Below are positions 54,497-62,858 of a stretch of 64,000 nucleotides of DNA, one piece after another. Under the pieces are notes generated by a model. The model had not been told where the DNA came from. It searched no databases and saw nothing but the letters and a program-made list of their open reading frames with translations. The stretch is from Candidatus Micrarchaeia archaeon (GTDB lineage Archaea > Micrarchaeota > Micrarchaeia > Anstonellales > Bilamarchaeaceae). A program made the translations under genes and the position numbers. The stretch covers positions 902,969-966,968 of the forward strand of contig JBAZFC010000001.1 of the NCBI GenBank assembly GCA_041653635.1, in the 5' to 3' direction. Position 1 is the first letter of the stretch, and every line of letters begins with the position of its first letter.

Positions 54497-54731
54497 CGAC
54501 TGGAGCGTACTAATTGCCAAACCGTGATTTACATGGTTTGGGGTTTTTGGGATTTCGTTTTAGTCGGAAGCGTGGGTGAGCTTGAGGTTTTTGGGCTCCT
54601 TTTTGCTTCCGAGCGATGGTGAAGTTCCGCAGAACTTCGCCAGACATCGCCGCAGCGATGCGGAAGCGAGGATACCCAAAGGCAGAGCGAAAGCGAGGCG
54701 TTATGCCTCGCTGGAGCGAGAAAAAAGGAGA

Positions 54732-54816
54732 GCAGGGGTGGCGGAGCCTGGAAAACGCGCGGGGCTTAGAACCCCGTGGCCTAGCGCCTACGCAGGTTCA
54801 AATCCTGCCCCCTGCA
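54732..54816 (+). tRNA. tRNA-Leu(UAG): tRNA-Leu (anticodon UAG)
   Basis: Cloverleaf folded by hand. Acceptor GCAGGGG/CCCCTGC plus discriminator A, 3-bp D stem, anticodon stem CGGGG/CCCCG with loop CTTAGAA, 15-nt variable arm, T arm GCAGG-TTCAAAT-CCTGC. No encoded CCA. Followed by a T-run. Confidence 0.85.
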
Positions 54817-55015
54817 ACTTTTTATATATTCATTAGCCCAAATCCAAATACGGAAAATACATCGTTGCTGCGATATTCCTCATCTTCGGGATTTACCTCC
54901 TGCCGAGGGCAAATCCGAATATTGCGTGACACCAGGAACCTACGGGCGCAGGGTGTGCATTAATTTTACTTTGTGTTACTAATCTTTTTTAACATTCTTA
55001 CACAAATATACACTT

Positions 55016-56305
55016 ATGAAAGCCAGAAAAATATTCTTCGAACAGCACCTGGAAGCAATCGGCCAGTGCGGCATGAACAACGGGAAAAGGTCCCGCCTCG
55101 CCTATACCAAGGACGAGAACATGGCATTCATACGCGCCGGGAACCTTATGGTTGCCGCCGGGATGCGCACCAGCCGGGATGCTTTTGGAAACCTCTACGG
55201 CATGGTGGGGCCGCGCGGAAGGAAGGTGATGAGCGGCTCCCACCTGGATTCGGTTGAGGACGCGGGGAAATTTGACGGGGTCGCGGGGGTGCTGGCTGCG
55301 ATAGAAGCCGTGAGGATGGTTTCGGAATCCGGCGCAAGGCTCAGGAAGCCGCTTATGGCAGTCGCCTGGAGGGGCGAGGAATCCGTGAGGTTCGGAAAGA
55401 CCTACCTGGGTTCCGGTGCCGCATTCGGCAGATGCACCGAAAAATTGCTTGCACGCATGGAGGTCAAGGCGTTTGAGGGTGGGGAAAGGATGACGCTGCG
55501 GCAGGCGATGCGGCTCTGCGGTGCGAACCCCTCCTGCCTTAGGGCGCACCTGAGGCCTGAGTGGATAAACTCATACATAGAGCTGCATGTGGAACAGGGC
55601 AGAATATTGGAAAGCGAAGGGAAGAGGGTTGGCATAGTCACAAGCATAGCGGGGAACAGAAGGTTCCAGATAAAACTGCATGGGCTCGGCCTGCACACCG
55701 GCGCGGCAAGGATGATGGACCGCGTGGGCAACGGGGATGAGCAGGGGGCGGACGCCAGCTTTGCGATGGCGAGGATGATACTGTGGCTGAGGGAACTGGC
55801 GAACGAGCTCAATACCCGCCAGAGGATGGATGCGCTGAGCGACGTGCGCATGGCATGCCCTGTCATAATCCAGAATGGAGGCGGGCTGACCACGACCATG
55901 CAGGATATCGTGATGAAATTCGATTTCAGGTCGGTGGACAGGAGGCTGCTGGAGCTAGCCAAGTCGGATTTCGTGAGGGACGCGAAAGAAATATGCAGGA
56001 GCGAAGGCATATCATGCGAATTGGAAGACATCGCGGGCGAGGACCCGTTCATGCTCTCCGAAGGAATGGCAGAACGGATAGGGGACGCGTGCAGGGATAT
56101 GTGCGTGGATGCAAGAATCATGCCCAGCGGAGCGGGGCACGACGCAAAGGTGCCGGCCAGCTTGGGAGTGGAAACAGGGATGATATTCGTGCCCTCCAAG
56201 AAGGGGATAAGCCACAATCCGTTGGAGGACACAGATTTGGATGACCTCGTGCTGGGGACGGAAGTGCTCGCGGAAACGATGCGCAGGCTGGCAGAGGGGA
56301 AGTGA
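55016..56305 (+). CDS. M20-family amidohydrolase (allantoate amidohydrolase / N-carbamoyl-L-amino-acid hydrolase type)
   Basis: 'D.FGNLYG' and 'VMSGSHLDSVEDAGKFDGVAGVLAAIEAV', with 'EESVRFG' and 'SGAGHDA' near the C-terminus. Confidence 0.8.
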   Translation: MKARKIFFEQHLEAIGQCGMNNGKRSRLAYTKDENMAFIRAGNLMVAAGMRTSRDAFGNLYGMVGPRGRKVMSGSHLDSVEDAGKFDGVAGVLAAIEAVRMVSESGARLRKPLMAVAWRGEESVRFGKTYLGSGAAFGRCTEKLLARMEVKAFEGGERMTLRQAMRLCGANPSCLRAHLRPEWINSYIELHVEQGRILESEGKRVGIVTSIAGNRRFQIKLHGLGLHTGAARMMDRVGNGDEQGADASFAMARMILWLRELANELNTRQRMDALSDVRMACPVIIQNGGGLTTTMQDIVMKFDFRSVDRRLLELAKSDFVRDAKEICRSEGISCELEDIAGEDPFMLSEGMAERIGDACRDMCVDARIMPSGAGHDAKVPASLGVETGMIFVPSKKGISHNPLEDTDLDDLVLGTEVLAETMRRLAEGK

Positions 56306-56356
56306 GCGGCGGACTCCCCCACAAACCCTTATAAATCTCATAAATGAAACGGGCGC

Positions 56357-57115
56357 ATGCGCGAGGCACACGTGATTTCCTTCTTCTCCGGAATAACGCC
56401 CACGCTGAATTTCTGGGAGGGCGGGGTGCTCTGCAACGAGGAGATGAGGGGATTCTGGAGCGTCTCCCGCTCCTGGGAGAAGGCGTGCATCGGCTATGCG
56501 GACATGGAGGGAAGGAAGCCCTGCCCGCACGGCGAAAGAGGAATGATGCAGTGCCCCCTCTGCGCGTACAAGGACATCGCGAGGGTGCACACGCGCCTGG
56601 ATTTTACCGGATATGAGGAGGTGGCCGAGCAGTTCTTGAACAGGCCCTATTCCATTTACCTTGTTTCATTCGGGGATTTGGTGAAATGCGGCGTCACGAA
56701 AAGGGAAAGGGTGCGCGAGAGGGTGAAGGAGCAGGGCGCGGATTATTTTGTGGAAATCATGCGCCTGGAAAACGGGAAGGATGCGTATGAGATGGAGGCG
56801 CTGCTCCAGCATGAGTACGGGTTCCGAAATGCGATAAGGAACGACATGAAATTGAAATTATTGGGGAAGGAGAACAAGGAACCTGTGGAAAAGGCGCTCG
56901 GATTATTGAAGGAGAGCGTGGCGTTCGGCGAATTCGTCTGCGACGGGGCGAAGGTTGAGAAACTGGATTATAACATTCCATCTTCTTTTGAAATTGTGGA
57001 GGAGATAGAGGGGAAGATAATCGGCGCGAAGGGGCAGCTGCTCTTCTTTGAGAACGGGAGCCCGAAAGTGGTTAATATGAAAAAGATGGGCGGGGAAATA
57101 ACCGGCATCGGATAG
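56357..57115 (+). CDS. hypothetical protein with Cys cluster (DUF2797-like?)
   Basis: 252 aa. 'CPHGERGMMQCPLC', then 'YSIYLVSFGDLVKCGVTKRERVRERVKEQGA', reminiscent of DUF2797. Tentative. Confidence 0.45.
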   Translation: MREAHVISFFSGITPTLNFWEGGVLCNEEMRGFWSVSRSWEKACIGYADMEGRKPCPHGERGMMQCPLCAYKDIARVHTRLDFTGYEEVAEQFLNRPYSIYLVSFGDLVKCGVTKRERVRERVKEQGADYFVEIMRLENGKDAYEMEALLQHEYGFRNAIRNDMKLKLLGKENKEPVEKALGLLKESVAFGEFVCDGAKVEKLDYNIPSSFEIVEEIEGKIIGAKGQLLFFENGSPKVVNMKKMGGEITGIG

Positions 57116-57182
57116 GAACGGCGCCTGCCGGAGAGCAAAGAAATTTAAAATTGAACTTCCATTCCAGTGCAGGGTAATTTGA

Positions 57183-58712
57183 ATGAATAATCCATCCACG
57201 CGCATTTTGGTAGCTTTTGGGTTTGTGATGCTCCTGCTTTTTGCGGGCTGCACCGCTCCGGGGGGGACGGGAACCCAGGGCGGTGGAACGGCAACCTGCA
57301 GGGATTCGGACGGTGGCAGGGACACCTTTGCCCCGGGCACGGTTTCCTTAGGCAACGTTAACCGCTCCGACTCCTGCATTGACACTTATACGGTAAAGGA
57401 ATACTTCTGCGAGGATAACATCATGGGCGTTTCCGAGCTTCCCTGCGGAACCGGATACTCCTGCACAAATGGCGCATGCGCCGCGGTCCCATGCACGGAC
57501 AGCGACGGCGGGGAAGTGGCCGAGACCAAGGGGACGGCGAGCTCTGGGGCAACGTCCAGTACGGACGCCTGCGCCGGGGAGACCTCGGTTACTGAATATT
57601 ATTGCTCGGATGGCAGGATACTCTCAAATACGGTAAGCTGCGGCGCGGGGAAACACTGCGTTGACGGGGCATGCGCCGCATACACCTGCACGGATTCGGA
57701 CGGAGGGCAGGAGGCCGGGGAAGCCGGCACAACCTCCATAGGGGACAACAGGAAAGAAGATGCGTGCAGCAGCGACGCAAGGAGGGTGACCGAATACTAC
57801 TGCGACACGTCCGGGAGCATAAGGAACACCAGCATTTCCTGCGAAAGTGATGAAACATGCAGGGAGGGCGCGTGCGTTGTGGCCGCTTGCACCGATTCCG
57901 ACGGGGGCCAGACAAAGGGAACGGCCGGCACCACCACCCTGGGGGCGACTTCCCGCTCGGACACCTGCCCCAGCGACACCCATGTCATGGAGTACTACTG
58001 TGGAGGTGGGGACATATTATACACCACCATTTCGTGCGGCAGCGGATACATCTGCGACGAGGGCGCCTGCATTGAGATAGAGTGCATTGGCGACGACCAG
58101 AACCTGGATGAGGACGTGCTTAACTGGTTCAGGTTCAAGACCGCCAGCTCCCTCACCATCTATGAGGGGGAAAAGATAATGGTGGAAGACAACAATTATG
58201 TCGGGCTGGACAGCGTGAGCGGTTCGGATGGCGCGGAGACCGTGACCTTCACCGTTTACAACCGGGATGGGGACGACGTTGGCAGCTGCGACCTGGACAA
58301 CGGGGAGGAAACGAACGACCTCTGCGGCGAGGGTATCGGGCTGGAGGTCACCGATGCGAACATAACCGAGGGATATGCGAGGTTGCGGGGCGAAATCGCC
58401 TACCTGCAGATTTACACGCAGGACGGGACCATAACCACCTACACCGGCCTGGGATGCACCAAGGAGGATGAGTACGACATAGATGTTGAATCCTCTGCGT
58501 TCTACCCGAGGATGGTCGCGGCAACGGTCAAGATGCTGGGGGCCTCTTATAAGGTGGTCGCGTTTACCAACGAGACCGTCACGATAGAGATAGACGGGGA
58601 CGATGAGGTAATCGGGGACGGCGACGTTGTGGAGATAGACAACACGGACTATGCGTTCTCGCTGGACTTCTCCGACTACGGCCTGGTTGGATGGGTAATT
58701 GAGCAGTCCTGA
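57183..58712 (+). CDS. secreted lipoprotein with four tandem 'C(T/R)DSDGG' Cys modules plus C-terminal domain
   Basis: Lipobox 'LLFAGCTAPGG'. Four ~65-aa repeats follow C.DSDGG....GT.......(S/T).D.C......V.EY(Y/F)C..........CG.G..C..GAC. A ~200-aa acidic domain follows. Confidence 0.75.
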   Translation: MNNPSTRILVAFGFVMLLLFAGCTAPGGTGTQGGGTATCRDSDGGRDTFAPGTVSLGNVNRSDSCIDTYTVKEYFCEDNIMGVSELPCGTGYSCTNGACAAVPCTDSDGGEVAETKGTASSGATSSTDACAGETSVTEYYCSDGRILSNTVSCGAGKHCVDGACAAYTCTDSDGGQEAGEAGTTSIGDNRKEDACSSDARRVTEYYCDTSGSIRNTSISCESDETCREGACVVAACTDSDGGQTKGTAGTTTLGATSRSDTCPSDTHVMEYYCGGGDILYTTISCGSGYICDEGACIEIECIGDDQNLDEDVLNWFRFKTASSLTIYEGEKIMVEDNNYVGLDSVSGSDGAETVTFTVYNRDGDDVGSCDLDNGEETNDLCGEGIGLEVTDANITEGYARLRGEIAYLQIYTQDGTITTYTGLGCTKEDEYDIDVESSAFYPRMVAATVKMLGASYKVVAFTNETVTIEIDGDDEVIGDGDVVEIDNTDYAFSLDFSDYGLVGWVIEQS

Positions 58713-59233
58713 TTAGGATTGGCGGGCTGGACGCGGCCCGCCCCTTTTCCGTCGCCCATTTCCTTTTTCATTTCCTTCAGCCTCAGGAACCTGAGCGCCG
58801 CATAGGCGGCAATCAGGGCGGCCGCAGCTGCGGCCGCGGCAATCCCCCCGTCCCGCACATAAGTAAACGAATCCATATCGGATTCAAGGATGGATATGAA
58901 CGCGTCGCTCTTTTTCAGTTCCCATATGGTTTGCCTCGCCATCCGGCCTTCTGCCCAATCCAGGAACGCATCTACCCTGGTGGAAGCGTAGCCCGGCTGG
59001 GCGGTTGAGCGTGATTCCGCCTTCTCGCGCACCTGCAGCTCCGATTGAAGGCCGTTGTTGCATTCAATCTCGTCGTTGAGCTTCTTCATCCTGGCGAGAT
59101 AAGAGATGAGGGAGGTGGCCCCGCCCACAGCTACGGGGAATGCCATGGCGGCCTTCTTGCGCCTCTCCATGGAATCAAGCATGCGCACTGGGCGCGGAGG
59201 CGGCTCGCCGATGCAAAAATACCGTTGGTGCAC
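58676..59233 (-). CDS. hypothetical membrane-associated protein
   Basis: 185-aa ORF with an Ala-rich TM-like segment 'GGIAAAAAAAALIAAYAAL'. The start is uncertain. Its 3' end overlaps the convergent gene by ~37 nt. Confidence 0.35.
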   Translation of the reverse strand: MHQRYFCIGEPPPRPVRMLDSMERRKKAAMAFPVAVGGATSLISYLARMKKLNDEIECNNGLQSELQVREKAESRSTAQPGYASTRVDAFLDWAEGRMARQTIWELKKSDAFISILESDMDSFTYVRDGGIAAAAAAAALIAAYAALRFLRLKEMKKEMGDGKGAGRVQPANPNQDCSITHPTRP

Positions 59234-59265
59234 GTATATGAATATAAGTGGTAAAAAATTAAAAG

Positions 59266-60132
59266 CTATATGAACTCGTCCATCGCCTCTTCAAGCCCCG
59301 CCTGCTTCAGGTCATGCTTAACGAGCGGCGTTTTGAGCTGCGGAAGCCCGGATTCGTACGTCGGCTTGTTCTCCTTGTAGAAGAGCCCGATCGGAATTTT
59401 CTCATAATTCGTCTTCCAGTCCTCGTTCGCCTTCTCCATCGCCTTCTCATGGCTGGACGCGTCGTGCCCCTGCTCCTCCAACTTGTAGCACCTCTGCTGC
59501 CAGTACTGGTAGGTGTTTATCTTGTTGAAGGTCACGCAGGGCTGCAATACGTCTATGAGGGCGAAACCCTTGTGCTTTATGCCCCCGGCGATTAGGGTGG
59601 AGAGGTGCTTCATGTCACCTGCGAATCCCCTCGCAACGTAGGTCGCGCCCATGGTGAGCGCGAGCGGGAGCGGATGCACGGGGTCCTCAAGGTTTCCGTA
59701 AGGCGTGCTCTTGGTCTTCACGCCCCTCTGGCTCGTTGGCGCGGTCTGCCCGGTCGTGAGCCCATAGACCTGGTTGTCATGGACTATGTAGGTAAGGTCG
59801 TAGTTCCTCCTCATTATGTGGATGAAGTGGCCCATCCCTATGCCGTAGCCGTCGCCGTCGCCGCCCACGCCTATGACGTTCAATTCGTGGTTTGCAAGCT
59901 TTATGCCGGAAGCCGGGGGAAGCACCCTCCCGTGCAGGCTTTCAAAGCCGTATGAGCGCACGTAATGGGGCATCTTGCCCGAGCACCCCACTCCGGATAC
60001 GATTACCGTATTATGCGGCTCCGCGCCCACTTCCACGAGCGCATTTTTTATCGCCATGTTGATTGCGAAATCCCCGCATCCCGGGCACCACTGCGGCTTT
60101 TCCTTCACGTTGAAATCCTCCAGAGTAGCCAT
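59266..60132 (-). CDS. 2-oxoacid:ferredoxin oxidoreductase beta subunit (TPP-binding)
   Basis: 'WCPGCGDFAI', 'GVGCSG' and 'GGDGDGYGIGMGH' are TPP/4Fe-4S-binding motifs of the KorB/PorB family. Confidence 0.9.
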   Translation of the reverse strand: MATLEDFNVKEKPQWCPGCGDFAINMAIKNALVEVGAEPHNTVIVSGVGCSGKMPHYVRSYGFESLHGRVLPPASGIKLANHELNVIGVGGDGDGYGIGMGHFIHIMRRNYDLTYIVHDNQVYGLTTGQTAPTSQRGVKTKSTPYGNLEDPVHPLPLALTMGATYVARGFAGDMKHLSTLIAGGIKHKGFALIDVLQPCVTFNKINTYQYWQQRCYKLEEQGHDASSHEKAMEKANEDWKTNYEKIPIGLFYKENKPTYESGLPQLKTPLVKHDLKQAGLEEAMDEFI

Positions 60133-61947
60133 TCATTTCACCTCGGAATAAAGCGCGGGGTTGTAATATTCATATTCTCCCCTGTCCACGACGCGTATTA
60201 CCTTCCTCCTGAACTTGTCCGCCTTCGCCTTTTCCACCGCGTCCGCGACCTCGTCCGGGAAGAATTGCTTGCCGTCATATTTGAGCGCCAGCACGTTCGG
60301 GCGGAAGGAAAGGAATTCCTTCAGCATCCCCGCGAACTGCGCCGTGGAGTTGTTTTCTATCATCACGGTGTTCTTCGCGGATTTTAGGAGCGTGCGTATC
60401 TTCTTCGGAAGCGGGTACAAATAAGAGAAGTGGATTACATTTGCGTGTATGCCCTTCGCCTCCAATAGGGGGAGCGCATCCAATGCGGGGAGCATCTGAG
60501 AACCCCAGCAGATGATGGAAATGGGCGCGTCCTTCTTCCCGTAGATTTTGGGGAGGGGAATCTCCTTCTCCAGGAGCTTCTGCTTCCTTGCGCGCTTATC
60601 CACCATGTCCACGCGGTTCTCAAAATTCTCGCATGAGAACGAGTCTTCCCTGTGCTCGTACGAGGTGGCGACGTGCATTCCGTTCGGGGTGCCGGGGAAC
60701 GCACGCGGGGAGATTCCGCTCCTCGTGAGCTTGTACCTCGCGAACCTCTCCATGGGCTTGAGTGCCTTGGGCTTGGAGGCGATTTCGCCCCTTTCTATTT
60801 TTACCTTTCCTGGCTCAAACTTCTGCGTGGAGAAGTGGGATTCGGAAAGGAACTTGTCCGACATCACTATTACGGGGAGCTGGTATTTCTCCGCGAAATT
60901 GAACGCCTCTGCGCCGAGGTAGAACTCCTCCTCTACTGTTCCGGGCGCAAGGATTACGCGCAGGAATTCCCCCTGGGAAGCGTGCAGCGCGAAGCGCAAA
61001 TCCCCCTGCTCGGTCCATGTGGGCAGGCAGGTGGAGGGGCCGGGCCTCTGCGCCAAGAAGACGACCACGGGCGTCTCGGAAAGTGCGGAGAGCCCGAGGG
61101 ATTCCGCCATGAGGGAGAAGCCGCCGCCGGAGGTGGAGGTGCCCGCGCGCACCCCGGCGTATGCCGCGCCTATCGCGTATTCCACCGCCGCGATTTCATC
61201 TTCCGTCTGCTTGACTACTATGTTGAAGTCCCGCTCCTTTTCCGCGAGATAATGGAGGACGGAGGAGGCGGGCGTCATCGGGTAGGCGGCGAACATCTTC
61301 ACCCCTCCCGCGACCGCGCCCAGGGCGAACGCCTCGTTGCCACCGATGACTATTCTCTTGCCGTCGCTCTTCATGGGCCTGAACTTTATGGCGAAATTCC
61401 CCTTGAAATTGTTCTTCACATAGTCAAAGCCGGCTTTTGCGGCCTTGATGTTCAAATCCACTATCTCCCTGGATTTGCGGGAGAACTCCTTGTCAAGGAG
61501 CTTGAAGAAGTCGTCCATCGGGTAATCTATGAGGGCGAGGGAGATGCCGACCGTTATGGTGTTGGCCATCTTCGGGTCAAGCCCGTTCTGCTCTATCACC
61601 TGCTTGAGCGGAACAGGGAATATGGAGACGCCTTCGGGCATCTTTATGCCCGCCGCGTCTATCTCCGAATCATAGATGAGGACGCCGCCCTTGTTCATGA
61701 AGTCCCTGTGGAAGATTATGCCGTCCCGGTTCAGCGCGACCACTACGTCATTTTTCTTTACGGGCGAATGTATCTCCTTGTCGCTGACCCTTATCTGGTA
61801 GGTGTTGTGCCCGCCGCGTATGAGGGAGGGGTACTCGGGGTATCCGATAACATGATACCCGCCCCTGACGAAAACCTTCGCGAGCGTCCTTCCGGTGACC
61901 ATGGAGCCCGCTCCTGCCTCTGCGCCTATAATCCAGGTGAATTCCAT
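60133..61947 (-). CDS. 2-oxoacid:ferredoxin oxidoreductase alpha subunit (fused gamma-alpha type)
   Basis: 604 aa. The N-terminal gamma-like domain ('GAEAGAGSMV','YPSLIRGGHN') is followed by the alpha domain ('AAYPMTPAS','TSGGGFSLM'). The stop abuts the beta start. Confidence 0.9.
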   Translation of the reverse strand: MEFTWIIGAEAGAGSMVTGRTLAKVFVRGGYHVIGYPEYPSLIRGGHNTYQIRVSDKEIHSPVKKNDVVVALNRDGIIFHRDFMNKGGVLIYDSEIDAAGIKMPEGVSIFPVPLKQVIEQNGLDPKMANTITVGISLALIDYPMDDFFKLLDKEFSRKSREIVDLNIKAAKAGFDYVKNNFKGNFAIKFRPMKSDGKRIVIGGNEAFALGAVAGGVKMFAAYPMTPASSVLHYLAEKERDFNIVVKQTEDEIAAVEYAIGAAYAGVRAGTSTSGGGFSLMAESLGLSALSETPVVVFLAQRPGPSTCLPTWTEQGDLRFALHASQGEFLRVILAPGTVEEEFYLGAEAFNFAEKYQLPVIVMSDKFLSESHFSTQKFEPGKVKIERGEIASKPKALKPMERFARYKLTRSGISPRAFPGTPNGMHVATSYEHREDSFSCENFENRVDMVDKRARKQKLLEKEIPLPKIYGKKDAPISIICWGSQMLPALDALPLLEAKGIHANVIHFSYLYPLPKKIRTLLKSAKNTVMIENNSTAQFAGMLKEFLSFRPNVLALKYDGKQFFPDEVADAVEKAKADKFRRKVIRVVDRGEYEYYNPALYSEVK

Positions 61948-62109
61948 ATTATCGCCTAAACGGGAGAAGTAGTATTAGAAGGAATATAAATTTATCTAAC
62001 AAAACTCCGGCATTTGCCGTATTCTGATGGTTTGAAACGACCGCGCAGGCCTGCGCGGCGTAGGTGCCGAATGGCCACTGTGGCCTTCGGCACTCGCTTC
62101 GAACCATCA

Positions 62110-62826
62110 TCAGCGGATGGGCTCGTATTTGGAATGGCTCTTGCCCGTGAAATGGTACTTGAAGAAATTGCTCCCGTGGTAGAGGAGGTATTTGGGGTAG
62201 CCCCATTCCCTCACCCTGCGCATGGAGATGAAGACCGGGGCGTCCTTCACGAACTTGAACTTCCCGTATTTCCTCGCCTTCTTTATGAGATAAGTGTCCT
62301 CTGCCGTGACCATGTCGGTGTCAAAGCCGCCTATCTTCCGGAATATGTCCGCCCTTATCGCCATGTTGTCCGCGACCACGTAAGGGATTCCCAGCTTGGA
62401 CAGGCCAGTCGCGGCGGGGGTGAGGAGCCCATTTGCGAAGGCATGCTCAAGGAGGTTTCCGTCCTTCGGGATTACCGGCCCCCCGGATGCGATGCAATTG
62501 CCCCTGCGTATCGGCTCAACCAGCTTCGCGAGCCACCCCGGCTTCACGTGCACGTCCGCGGACGAGCTTACGATTATCCTTCCGCGCGCCTCCATGAAGC
62601 CCTTCTGCCTTCCCGCGGCTATGGTGCGCTTCGGCTCAAAGACCACCCGCGCCCCCATTTCCATTGCGATTTTTGCCGTGGAATCGGTGGAATTGCCGTC
62701 CGACACTATCACTTCGTAATCAAAATCCGCCTTCTGGGAAAAAAGCCCTTCCAGCGCCCTGCGTATGTATTTCTGCTCGTTGTAGGTGGGCACCACTATG
62801 GAAACCTCTGGCTTCACGACCATCAA
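62110..62826 (-). CDS. family 2 glycosyltransferase
   Basis: 'VSIVVPTYNE' and 'VIVSDGNSTD' (the DxD-type region), a GT-A fold of ~240 aa. Confidence 0.85.
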   Translation of the reverse strand: MMVVKPEVSIVVPTYNEQKYIRRALEGLFSQKADFDYEVIVSDGNSTDSTAKIAMEMGARVVFEPKRTIAAGRQKGFMEARGRIIVSSSADVHVKPGWLAKLVEPIRRGNCIASGGPVIPKDGNLLEHAFANGLLTPAATGLSKLGIPYVVADNMAIRADIFRKIGGFDTDMVTAEDTYLIKKARKYGKFKFVKDAPVFISMRRVREWGYPKYLLYHGSNFFKYHFTGKSHSKYEPIR

Positions 62827-62858
62827 ATCACAATCAGTTGCGCACTTTAAATAAGTTA

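Noticed and set aside
54576-54963. Track ORFs 54576-54836 and 54616-54963
   Set aside because: Both run through the tRNA-Leu gene and the structured leader. They have basic, low-complexity translations and no start context.
55402-56322. 306-aa minus-strand ORF
   Set aside because: It is antisense to the M20 amidohydrolase gene, with a Ser/Ala/Pro-rich shadow translation.
62025-62112. Considered 5S rRNA, tRNA-like or C/D sRNA identity for the Y-shaped element
   Set aside because: It is too short for 5S and lacks the conserved CCGAAC...GAAGTTAAGC-type loop. It has no T-loop or anticodon architecture. A TGATGA is present on the minus strand, but the 3' partner is CAGA rather than CTGA. It is kept only as an unclassified structure.
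60652-62850. Plus-strand ORFs 60652-61959 (435 aa) and 62014-62850 (278 aa)
   Set aside because: They are antisense shadows of the OFOR alpha subunit and the GT2 glycosyltransferase, both of which carry strong family motifs. The shadow ORFs are Arg/Gly/His-rich with no recognisable domains.
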